A stretch of DNA of 64,000 bases from Ostrea edulis. Taxonomy: Eukaryota. Position 1 is the stretch's first letter. Each line of letters begins with the position of its first letter. The stretch is taken from contig NC_079169.1 of NCBI RefSeq assembly GCF_947568905.1, positions 85,126,001 through 85,190,000 of the forward strand, in the 5' to 3' direction. Shown one piece after another: positions 14,101 through 24,695 of the stretch. A model generated the notes under the pieces. The model was not told the origin of the DNA. It saw only the letters and a list, made by a program, of their open reading frames with translations, and made no database searches. The position numbers and the translations under genes were made by a program.

Positions 14101-14737
14101 TTTTGAGAACGTCGACATTGAGATCTCTGAGAGCTCTGTATATAAGCAAGACAGCCACCGGAAGTGACAGAGCATACAACACCACCGAAACTGTTTCTAT
14201 GGCTGCCACCCCAAGTAACCAGGCTGAAAGATCAGAACACTTTCTTCTTAATATAATTAATATACAATAATACAATACATTGTATTAGTGTATTGTAATA
14301 AAACAGAGTAATCTTTTATTTCCAACCAGGAGTTCCCACGAAAGGCAACGTGAACAATTAGATAATTGAGGGTCAGAATGGCCAGATTTAACATACAGAC
14401 ACAGAAAGGTAGATCTTTAAAAAAAAAACATTTTTTTTTTTAATTTTTGCAATTTCCTATTTTTGATCTTATAGAAAGAAATTGTGACTCTGAATTCGTA
14501 AATTTTCTTGAAAATTGAATGCGTACCATGTTCGCCAGAAAGATTTCGCGACGACAAAAAACATGCGTCATCTCTGCACGTGCGGGTCCACCAAAGTCCA
14601 AAAGACGAGCTGTCAACGGTTCCATTGGGAAACTTGTTCGACAAATTCCACCATTCTGTCGTACATAGTCCAATGATTTGGAACACAAAGCTGACAAAAG
14701 CTAGAAAGGAGAAGACCACATCCGCTGGATGCAGCAT
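6981..14737 (-). CDS. PMP22/EMP/claudin-like tetraspan membrane protein (copy B), about 205 aa
   Basis: Exons 14737-14527, 14223-14071, 7234-6981; both introns GT-AG phase 1, frame intact. TM1 followed by W-W, FGLW...C...C first loop, AWLLGVAA TM2, TM3 and PSWSLALSASGG TM4 match the PMP22_Claudin family pattern. Confidence 0.85.
7703..7778. mobile_element. Palindromic mini-MITE / hairpin
   Basis: 35-bp arms with 33/35 complementarity and a 6-nt loop; gattcag direct repeat at 7691-7697 and 7782-7788. Confidence 0.6.
7946..8128. repeat. 42-bp GC-rich tandem repeat (about 3.7 copies) bracketed by an inverted repeat
   Basis: Unit gattcggctcggctgaatatttggactgacgccttcgccggt starts at 7957, 7999, 8041, 8083; aatctcggctgagattcg on the left and cgaatctcagccgagatt on the right. 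Confidence 0.85.
8469..8912 (-). mobile_element. Penelope-like retroelement 3' fragment
   Basis: Minus-strand translation QLIRYARAYSAYDQFLNRGRLLTN; homologous to copies at 10503-10844, 23034-23575 and 56800-58310. Confidence 0.75.
8924..9185. repeat. Cluster of direct and inverted cgaaaagacgacaaa motifs, likely a DNA-transposon remnant
   Basis: About ten copies of the motif in both orientations plus a roughly 39-bp direct repeat near 8957 and 9122. Confidence 0.6.
9193..9347. mobile_element. Truncated copy of the TTAA-flanked MITE at 29288-29605
   Basis: gagctactcagctaggca...gacaaatattgctga...gatgtagagtacttccttaa aligns by eye to 29490-29609. Confidence 0.75.
9654..9711. repeat. (AT)n microsatellite
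   Basis: About 29 AT units. Confidence 0.97.
9785..10043 (-). mobile_element. SINE-like interspersed repeat
   Basis: Reverse complement aligns to 38951-39207 and ends in a (tcaa)n tail as expected of a non-LTR 3' end. Confidence 0.7.
10209..10305 (+). mobile_element. Penelope-like element terminal fragment
   Basis: Reverse complement matches the 8470-8560 end of the other copy (ccagggttccgtgtttgcc...tatgagattgattactgttcg). Confidence 0.55.
10503..10844 (-). mobile_element. Penelope-like RT C-terminal fragment
   Basis: ORF TQLFDKREDFS...CSNIPLSPTYGVYVPQLIRYMRACSAYDHF matches the LYDKRDDF...SNIP.SP.YGVYISQLIRYARACS motif of Penelope-like RTs. Confidence 0.8.
11049..11101. repeat. (AT)n microsatellite
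   Basis: Direct observation. Confidence 0.95.
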
Positions 14738-15894
14738 TGTCTCAACACTTACATCGGCCGGGGGTAACTGCTTCGAAAACCTGTCGTTTCTGAAGTCTAC
14801 ATTGAAATATCTAAAATCTTTGATTGACTGGTTGAAAAATTTACAATATTTGCAGTTGGAGTTTCAACGTCACGTGACAATATTATGTGTTCCTTTTATT
14901 GGGTCCACGTTATAGCTGTTATTTACAAGCTCTTGTCTAATATGGATAAGACAATGACCGTGTTATATCGGACACGGTCAAAGTTAATGTATACTTTAAT
15001 AGCTAGTACTGTATACATATTGTCATTTTTACCAATCTAGACTACATGCACCCTGTGCATTGAAATAGTAGGATATTCAAACCACATATTTACTATGAAT
15101 AACATGTAATTGTATTGAAATTTTGTTTGTGTACCTAGTCACGCGCTTTTAAAGTATATTTTCAATGTTCTTCATCTAAAGCAGTACTTGTAATCATTAC
15201 AGGAATTCAGATGAAATGCTCGCCAGCAACAGAGGGAAAGTGTCTTAACAAAGACAGCCCCTTCGAAGGATGGACTGAACATAAATCAGTCAAACGTAAT
15301 AATAGCATTAAGTTGGCGGGACACAACAAACGATAAATATTTGAATTTTGTCTCTGGATCTATACATGTATTTATACGTAATAAATAGTCCCCAGACTTC
15401 AGGCGTTACGCATGGCATTGAAAGCTGTAAATCTTTGGGAAGGGCGCACGCTTGTCAGGATGTATTTTATGGGAGGACTGCTGTCAAATATCGACAGATC
15501 AAAGATGTTTACGGCTGAAAAAGGAAAAACTAAAATTGAATTTATGAGTACTTGATGTAGAGAAGGAGTAATATTTCAACAAGATTTAGACCACTTCTGA
15601 GTCTTTGATGTCGTTTAAAGGTACAGCATAGATGACGTCATTAGCTTGACCAAGAGATAAATATTTATGTTGAGCCCATTATCATTTTAATCAGTGAAAC
15701 CTTTAAAAATCATCATAACAATTTGACTGCCCTGTAATGTCACATCGTAATGTCCAAATGAATATCACATTTAAATAAAGCGACCAAGGTTGTTCGATGG
15801 ATGTTGAAGTAAGCACTGAATGGATCACGTGATAAAAATACCGCCTGGTTTTCATCTTGAGCAGGCAAATGTTGGAGATACGTAAGACCAATGT

Positions 15895-16056
15895 TATTAT
15901 GCCCCCCTTTGAAAAAGAGGGGGCATATTGTTTTGCAACTATCGGTCAGTCGGTCGGTAGGTAGACCATGTGTTGTCCGCTCAATATCTTTCGACCCCTT
16001 TGCTTGATAACAACCAAACTTGGTACAGGGGTTACCCCTGGAGAGTAGATGAGCCT

Positions 16057-16087
<31 letters not shown>

Positions 16088-16273
16088 AAGGTCAAACTGC
16101 TGGTCTTTACCCCATGTGGTAGACCATGTGTTGTCCACTCAATAACTTTTGACCCCTATGCATGATAACTACCAAACTTGGTACAAGGGTTGCCCTTGGA
16201 GAGTAGATGATCCCTATTGACCTTCAGATCACATGGTCAAAGGTCAAGGTCAAACCTCTGGTCTTAAGCCCAT

Positions 16274-16304
<31 letters not shown>

Positions 16305-16976
16305 TGCTTGATAATAGCCAAAATTGATACAGAGGCTTTCCTTAGAGAGTAGATGATCCCTATGGATTTTCAGGTCACGTGGTCAAAGGGCAAGGTCAAA
16401 CTGCGGGTCTTAACCCCATGTGGTAGACCATGAGTTGTCCTCTCAATATCTTGAGAACCGTTCACTTGATTGTAGTGATATTTCATATGTGGGTTGGTTA
16501 TATAAAAAAAAAGAGGACCCCTATTGTTTTTCAGGTCAAAAGGTTAAAGGTCAAGGGTCAATCTACTCTGGAAATAGGAATATACTGTCTGTTCAATATC
16601 TTGAGAACCCTTTGCTTGACAGACATCAAACTTGGTACACTGGTACATTATCAGGAGAAGATGACTACGGTACTAATGAATTTGAGGTCACATGGTCAAA
16701 GGTCAAGGCTCAAACTGGACATAGGAATATACTGTCCCTTCAATATCTTAAGAACCCTTTGCTTGACAGACATCAAACTTGGTACACTGGTACATCTGCA
16801 GGATTTGATGACCCCTGTTGATTTTTAGATCACATGGTCAATCCACTCTTGACATAGGAAGATATTGTCTGCTCAATATTTTGAATACTACTCTCAATTA
16901 AATGATGTGTGTGTGTATAACCCTTTTCAATTTTGCACCATGGGGGGCATATGTGTTTTACAAACATATCTTGTTT
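15895..16976 (+). mobile_element. Helentron-type (HINE/Pearl-like) non-autonomous element with internal satellite units of about 150 bp
   Basis: 5' ttatgcccccc...gggggcat inverted repeat, (gtcg) microsatellite, about 6 degenerate units containing ggtcacatggtcaaaggtcaaggtcaaa, 3' ggggggcat...tcttgtt end. Confidence 0.75.
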
Positions 16977-17797
16977 CTGATTAGGTTTGTTGCCGGTTGT
17001 CTACAGAAATTTGTCAATCACATGACTCATATTTTATGTAGTTAACATTCAAAAAGGAAGGTTTTGGACATCATATTCAGATGTTGTCAGGATGAGAATA
17101 TAATAATGTTTAGAAGACCTTTTCAAATGATGCTAACGTTTGCAAATATACATTTATTTGAGAGCAGATTTACAAAAGTCCTTGCATGGCTTGTTTTCCA
17201 AACTATTGATACTTATATACTGCCATAAATTTATTCAATAAATATTGTTTAAACTAAACATTTATCCTTTATTCATATATTTTTAAGGGGCAGTGACCAA
17301 ACGTTCATCACAATCCTTTCCAACCAGCAATGGTACTGCTAGGATACAACATTTGCATTTAGTTTCAATATATATTTTTGACGTCTGCATTTTAATGTTA
17401 AACAAAGACTGTCGATCTAGTTGACGTTACTACCAGAATTTTTATTTGTTTCAAACGTGAATAAAATTTCTTAGGTGTTTGGAAGACTGTTCGTCACTCC
17501 TCTCCCCTCTTTGTGTTTGGTCCTATCATTGCATTGTGCATCTCCGTTGTTCATAATGAAGGTGCACCACGTCTAAAATTAAACACGAGTATAAAATTTC
17601 CATTCGCCAAATGCCCAGGGTGACTTGGTTCCGGACGAAATAACAGAATCGCATCTTTGTGGGAGATACAGAGATATTTCGCAAAAATTAAGAATCTGTC
17701 AATCAATTTCTGAAACTTTAATCTGTAGATGTGTGATCCGTCAAACAATTCTAAGTTTTAAGGCAGTTTCGGGTTTTTTAATTTTTATATGTTAGTT

Positions 17798-17861
17798 CAT
17801 CGTCGGAAACGCATGGCTGATTACGCTTTGAAGCATAATCAGCCGTGGGTTTCCGACGATG
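17798..17861. mobile_element. 64-bp palindromic mini-MITE with 9-bp TSD
   Basis: 30-bp arms (27/30 complementary), 4-nt loop, CA...TG termini, atgttagtt at 17789-17797 and 17862-17870. Confidence 0.8.
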
Positions 17862-18394
17862 ATGTTAGTTTTGCAATATAAAAAAAATGAATACATGTAT
17901 TCTAACACGTTTTGTATGTTAGTTACGTTTAGATATCTAAATCTCGTATTTGTAAAATTGAATTGATATCATAACTCTGAATAAATATTTAAAACAAAAC
18001 ATGACAAAATTTAAGTTTTAATTCTAAAATCAGTTTCATTTTCTATAGTTTTGAATGTCGCCAAAAGTTCTAAATATTTTTGGTAAGGAATTTACAATCT
18101 CATGTCAAAGATTTTTAAAAGAGTTTCAAATGCATATATCAATTTGATTTTAAACTCCTAATTCAAATATCCAAAATTTCAATGACGGGTGACGATAACG
18201 GCAGTGATCGATCTTCAGCAGAGTCTGTCATCAACATGTGACATCCCCATATCCAGGATGAGTATCGAGTATGTCCATTGTATATATATGAGCATTATCC
18301 TTGTGTACACACGTTCTTTACATTATATTTGTGTACTAGAACTCCATTCTGTATTATATTGTGATTTGAATCATAAATATTGAATGTTATGCCC

Positions 18395-18490
18395 GTTTGG
18401 GCCTCAATTTGAAATAAATAAATCATATCGTAACTCCTATAAGGAATACAAAATAAAGAGTTGGACAAACACGGACCCCTGGACACACCA
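18395..18490 (-). mobile_element. Penelope-like element terminal fragment
   Basis: taactcctataaggaatacaaaataaagagttggacaaacacggacccctgga matches 8505-8560 and 23068-23120. Confidence 0.6.
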
Positions 18491-18684
18491 GTACAAGTAC
18501 ATGTAGGTATGTGGAGATACATGTATCAGTAATTCAAGAAAACAGGAACTTTCAATTTCAGGAGATAAAATATTGCGCCATGGAAGTCATCATTTGAACG
18601 GGAAAAGTGACAGTTTTCATTTTGGAATTTTTATACCTAGATGGTAAGCAACGCAAAATTCAGTTAGTTTAACAGTCAAATTTA

Positions 18685-19124
18685 TGGCAAGCCCTTTTAC
18701 TATTTATTGGAGAGATATTCGGTACCTCTTAATTCTAAGAGATATATCTTTAAAAAAGAGATATCTCTTTCACTTAGAGAGATATCTCTTATTTTTAAAG
18801 ACATTTCTTACACTTAGGGAGACATACATCTCTTTCACTTAGAGAGCTATTTCTTTCACTTTGAGAGATATCCCTTTCACTTAGAGATATCTCTTTAATT
18901 TTAAGAGATATCTCTCAAAAAGATATCTCCCAAGCGTAAAGAGATATCTCTTTTGTTTAAAGAAATTTATTTTTGGTTAAAGAGATATCTCCCTAGTGTA
19001 AAAAGATCTCTAACTTACAGAGATATCTCTACAACCAATAGAGATATCTCTTTAGTGTAAAGAGATATTTCTCTTATTGAAAGAGATATCTTATTTTACG
19101 AATGAATAGTAAAAGGGCTTGCCA
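18685..19124. mobile_element. MITE with TA TSD (Tc1/mariner-type) and gagatatctc-rich interior
   Basis: Perfect 22-bp inverted repeat including TA: tatggcaagcccttttactatt 18683-18704 and aatagtaaaagggcttgccata 19105-19126; the interior is many copies of the palindrome gagatatctc. Confidence 0.8.
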
Positions 19125-19632
19125 TACAAATCACTTATACGGTATTTGAAGCGAACAGCAGCGTCGCCTAAGTGCAACCGGCCGAAGCTTAAAAATAAAC
19201 CATAAATGAATTATGAAGGACTGCTCCGAGATTCGGTTACAGTCGAAATATTCAGCCGAGATTTAGGTGCCTGTTCTGTGTGTTTGTGCATGTAAATATA
19301 GAAAATTTGCAGAAATGGGTTTAAATCCCGTCTTGTCTCCTATCATAACTTCATATGACGTGTAACGATATAGTTACATGTACCTTACTTTATTATTAAG
19401 GTAACCAATCGATATCTTGTTACAGAGTCACGTGTCTGTAATTTGTATGAGTTTCAAATTCACTGTTCTGATGCGATGGTTCAACATTTTAAAAATATCT
19501 TTTGAAGTCTATACATTTAGCATCATTACCCACACTAAAGTTCTGTACAAATATAATGTCCAAGTCAACAAAAATTCGATAGCTCATCTCATTATGTACT
19601 AATTCGCAAAAGGAAAAACAACATGATCAGTC

Positions 19633-19636
<4 letters not shown>

Positions 19637-19679
<43 letters not shown>
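19637..19679. repeat. (AG)n microsatellite
   Basis: Direct observation. Confidence 0.97.
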
Positions 19680-19682
<3 letters not shown>

Positions 19683-20192
19683 CTTATTGAATGTACTAAA
19701 CAGAAGACCACTGTCAATGATGTTGAAGTACCATAATAATGCATTTACAGTATGTGATATTTTTGTCGCGAGGGAACTGTTGGCTTTTGTTCTCTCTGAC
19801 AGAGTATGTCGTTGAATGCAAGTATTTTTGATTTCCGTCAAATATTCAAGATGTCGAGCCATCTTCAAGCTTAATGAGCAAAATATCCCCAAAACCACCA
19901 TTCTAGTATGTGAAAACAAAAGAATAAAACTTCTTTCACTTATCTACAGCATGTACATACAAATTTTTCAACATGCGAATATTTTGTTTCAGTACATATG
20001 TATTTATCATTTTTATGTGTAAAACTTTTACGCAATACATAAATATATACACTGTGCATGCATATATATCAATGACAGAATTTGTGATATTAAAGCAACT
20101 AATTGCCGATCATTAATTTTGGATTGGATCTGCAAATTCTGAAATGAGTAAAGGACATCGAGTATAGTTAAACACATGACTACTGTTTGTGA

Positions 20193-23100
20193 CTATACTG
20201 ATGTTTTAACAGTAGTAGTAGTTTTAGCCTGCGTGCTAATAGAACGCTCCAGGAAGAAGTCTTTTGGCGGAGCTTCTTTTAAGTCCATATTTATTATCAG
20301 TCCAACGGCAACGATGTTTGACATCAAAAAGGTGAAAGATAAAAACATGATCGGGAGAGTGTGGGGTCGGAGTATCCGGTCTCTGTTAGGGTAGTAAAAA
20401 ATGGCTGAGAAACCCGACGTTAGGTTCTTCACGCGGTCCATGACCACGCAATTGGCGATGAAAAACAGCAAACCTACAAAACGAAGAAAAAACATTAAAT
20501 AAGCTTCTTAAAACAACACTGCACGAACATCGCATACATCACCCTCATAGATCCTGTATTCACACCCCACACCCCAAACTTAAGCAAAAGACCATTCTCC
20601 AAAAGCATGGCTATATATACAAGATTTCTCAACTTCATCACTCAGAAGATCCGAAAATTTTAGAATTAACCTTTTCTTACTAACCTTCCAACATAATAAC
20701 TACGAGTGGGAGAGAGAAAAAGAGAGGGGGACAGAAGAATAACAACAGAACAAAAAATACACCCCAAAAATAAACTCATAAAACCAAAGCAGTAGTTTCT
20801 GACTAGAGTGATTAGAAGGCGTATTGCGAATGAGATCCACCTGGTGTACAGTTAGAAAACAAAGTTCGTTTGAGTGTATGAACTGCAACGCTGCACGTCG
20901 GTATGCTTCACGAAGCACGTTATATTTGCACTCCATGAAAGGTATACTAGCGTGAAGCGTTGCAGTTCATACCCGCATGTACTTTCAGAAATGTCGGGAT
21001 TACTGGCCGTTGTGATAGAATAACTATATCTATCTGTATTCATACGCGCATTGTTCACAACGCGTTCATGAGGAAATGACCAACACCGCAATTTGTAGAG
21101 ATATCAAAGGCAAAAACACTGGAAATGTAAATATAGACAATCAGTCGAAGAGGACTTCTGATATTTTTGAGAATTCAAAGAGGGACTTTGTGCAAGCAGA
21201 CTTACATGTACTAGTAAGCGTGATTTATTCAGGGTCACACTGTTCAAAAGCTGACAATCACTGGACCGTTTAACCTCCCCTGCATCAGTATTGACTCTAA
21301 CAAAACTGATGCTTGGCGGCACTTGATTTCTCTCTCGTTATAACCAATATTTAAAATTCTGCAGTCATTTTACATCCGTATCTCTACTGCAAAAACATTT
21401 CTATAGTGGCGTTGCAGTCGATGGCCGAACATTGGGGAAAGCACAGAAGGGTGGGCGTCACGCGGTCCAGTGATCGAGGACCTGTGATTCCAATGTCTTT
21501 AAAGATTTGCCATAATTTCATCTTAATTCACCATACACAATGATGGCTATACCGAATGCACCTTCAGTTGCCAACTTTGTTGCCTATAGTTCTCACCGTG
21601 TTATACTTTACACGGCCACCAATTAACTTCACTACATGAAGAAACATACACGTGAAGATACGCAGATAATTACCAAGTATAGACTACATTTCATCGGTCA
21701 ATAGCCTCAGTCAATTGTAACTGTTATTGTTCTCTCATGTCGACATACAAGTATGCAGTAGGCGATAACTTGTAACGTTTTAAAGAAAAGTATTGAGACA
21801 ATGTCAATATTATACAATTATTGACAATTTTGAGATCAATATTATAAAACTATTAACATTTTCTTGGTCAATACGATGACTTAGCTACATGCACAGTACA
21901 ATATTCACCAAGCCCGGTCAATAATTGTCTTATTATCTGAATGAAACATCCAGATCCTACGAAATGATACCTGGTCGGCCATCTTTGTTTACAGTTATAG
22001 TGCATTACCTAACCCAACGTGATTGTATAGAACCGCCAGTTTTTGTTTACTATGTGGTTGAACGATTTAAAACATTGAAACCGGTTACTAAAGAGCGATA
22101 CTTGGTTGGTCATCTTTGTTTCTAGCTATACAGTACACGACCTAGTCGAAAGTAGCAGGATGCGCGTGCTTTGATTTGACAACCAAAAATAATAACCAAT
22201 CTTATATACTTGAAAATTCCCAAATTATTTTTGTCCAATGTTATAAGAATAATTTGTTTTATTATATGATTGAATAATTCCTAGCTCTCTAATTGACTGA
22301 GATCCAACAATGTAGAATTCATACTACGTTATGTTTACCTGCACGTGACCTTCCAGGTGAACATAAGGAAATATTTTTTCCACATAGGACCAAAAATAGG
22401 TCGTTGAAACTTACAATTAAAGCAAAGAACAATCTTGAAGGTTTTTTTAATCATTTAATCATATAATAAAACAATTCGAAGTACAATATTCACCTCGCCC
22501 TTCGGGCTCGGTGAATATTGTACTCCTCAGGTGTCTAGATCATCGTATTGACCTCAAAAACAGCAATAATTGTATAATATTTACCTCGATGGTGATCTAT
22601 GAATAAAAGGTTCTATTCTAATTTTGTTTTGTTTATGGATTTTTGTTTTGTTTAATCTCAACCAAAGTTTCTGAATCATTGAACACATGATAATTTTAAG
22701 CATTCATGTATATTTTTACACTGTTGTCATTATACAAACACGAAACAATGTGCAGTAAAGTTATCATAACGCTATTCAATTTACAGTGTGCTGTAAAGTT
22801 ATCATAACGCTATTCAATTTACAGTGTGCTGTAAAGTTATCATAACGCTATTCAATTTACAGTGTGCTGTAAAGTTATCATAACGCTATTCAATTTACAG
22901 TGTGCAGTAAAGTTATCATAACGCTATTAAATTTACAGTGTGCAGTAAAGTTATCATAACGCTATTCAATTTACAGTGTGCTGTAAAGTTATCATAACGC
23001 TATTCAATTTACAGTGTGCTGTAAAGTTATCATGAAAGGTGAAGATAACGAACAATGATCAATCTCGTAACCCCCTGCAAGCAATACAAAATAGAAAGTT

Positions 23101-24695
23101 GGGCAAACACGGACCCCTGGATATACCAGAGGCGGGATCAGGTGCCTAGGAGAAGTAAGCATTTCCTGTCAACAGGTCACACCCGCCGTGAGTCTTATAT
23201 CTTGGTCAGGTAAACGGAGTTATCTGTAGTCAAAATCAGTGTGCCAAGAACGGTCTAACAATCCGCATAATAAACGAACTCGTTTAGTCAAATCCGTAGT
23301 CAAAATCAGTGCCTATCAATTGGTATGAAACAAGTCAAACAGCATTTGACCCAATGATAGGTTGTATTGGTAAACTAGATTGTTATAACGACCATAGAAT
23401 TTCCAAAATGCCGACTTTAAACGAGACTGTTGAAACCCCTGCACCATCAACTTTGTCATTAACCTGCCTCGATTTAAACTGATCATAAGCAGAACAAGCT
23501 CTTGCGTATCGAATCAGTTGAGAGATATAAACACCATATACAGGTGATAATGGAATATTGCTACATATTATTTATTAAATATGAAAAGCTGATGATGTCG
23601 AAGCTGAAATTATCCCGTTTATCATGTAGTGCTATTCAATTTACGGTTTCCAGTAGTTATCATGTCATGCTATTCAATTTGTCTGCAGTGAAGTATTCAA
23701 TTTACAGTGTGCAAGTTATGCTATTCAATATGTCTGCATCTCGTTCTGTGTCATAATTAGTACAATTCATGTAAAAAAAAAAAATCATTCGTTGGTTAGA
23801 TAACACACTTCGATATATACAATAAGCTAGCGTTTGTAGACTGATACCCACCGGCTATAAACACCACGGCTCCTGCAAACTTCTTAACTGTTTGACTTTT
23901 CTTCTTGAGATATACTAATAGTATCAGGAGACCTAGACCGAGGAGGGCTGTCGCAAAGGCAGAAATTATTCGTACAAACTTCACCCAACCTGTATTGAAT
24001 ATAAACAAAATTCTTAGTTGGTATATACCCATGATTAATTTTGTCTTCAATGCGAATATCCAACGATGTTTTGGATCCACCTACATATATTCGCATCCCC
24101 ACTTTGATGTAAAAATAATACTACTTTTAAGAGATGCCATAATGTTATAAAGAGCTTTGCAAATGGACAGTGACAGATGTCCCTCCTCTGCACGTGAAAG
24201 AATAAATGCTTTCGTTGTGTAACAACACTCTTATGAAGTTATAATAAAAAGAAACAAGTTATATAAAATACAAGGGATAAATGTATAAAAAGTAAAACCA
24301 ATACAGATCATTTACTTCCCTTTTTTCTCTACATATATTCCATTGTTTTTCTACATATATTCCATTGTTTTTACTCATATATTCCAATGTTGTTGTTTTT
24401 TTGCCCTCATAATACAAACAACCTAGATTTCCTTAACTGAATCCAAATTTGAAATACCGTTATTGTCTGCGTCGTCTTGGAAACAGGCGTAGGTCGACAC
24501 ATTGCCCACACCGATTAAAGTTGAACCGCACGTAACACTGGCCCAGAGCCCAAGGTCAACGGTCGTTGATGACGTCACCTCCATCTCCCACCAGCAATCC
24601 AACAAAATACCCAGCAATGCAAAAATAATGGCCACCACAGAAACGACAGCCATTATTTTATCTTTGAAGTACGTATTCATTCTTTTGGAGGGCAT
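20193..24695 (-). CDS. PMP22/EMP/claudin-like tetraspan membrane protein (copy A), about 218 aa
   Basis: Exons 24695-24458, 23989-23852, 20473-20193; both introns GT-AG phase 1, frame intact. TM1 + DCWWEM...DLGLWASVTC...YAC loop, GWVKFVRII TM2, TM3 and TM4. An acceptor at 24728-24729 implies a further upstream exon, probably UTR. Confidence 0.82.
21808..22579. mobile_element. Non-autonomous element with long bipartite imperfect TIRs
   Basis: tattatacaattattg at the left end and caataattgtataata at the right end; ggtcaatacgatg and gtacaatattcacc(a/g)agccc recur inverted in the two arms. Confidence 0.65.
22754..23033. repeat. 38-bp minisatellite, about 7.4 copies
   Basis: Unit (a/t)gtaaagttatcataacgctattcaatttacagtgtgc; degenerate continuation at about 23615-23730 beyond a retroelement insertion. 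Confidence 0.92.
23034..23600 (-). mobile_element. Penelope-like retroelement 3' fragment
   Basis: Colinear with 8469-8912 (gaaaggtgaagataacgaac...cgtatcgaatcagttgag...gataatggaatattgctacat). Confidence 0.78.

Noticed and set aside
14440-14915. Overlapping ORFs of 85 aa (-) and 135 aa (+)
   Set aside because: Alternate-frame and antisense shadows of claudin-like copy B exon 1.
16420-16828. Two overlapping ORFs of about 133 aa
   Set aside because: Arise from internal satellite units of a non-autonomous element; no protein family signal.
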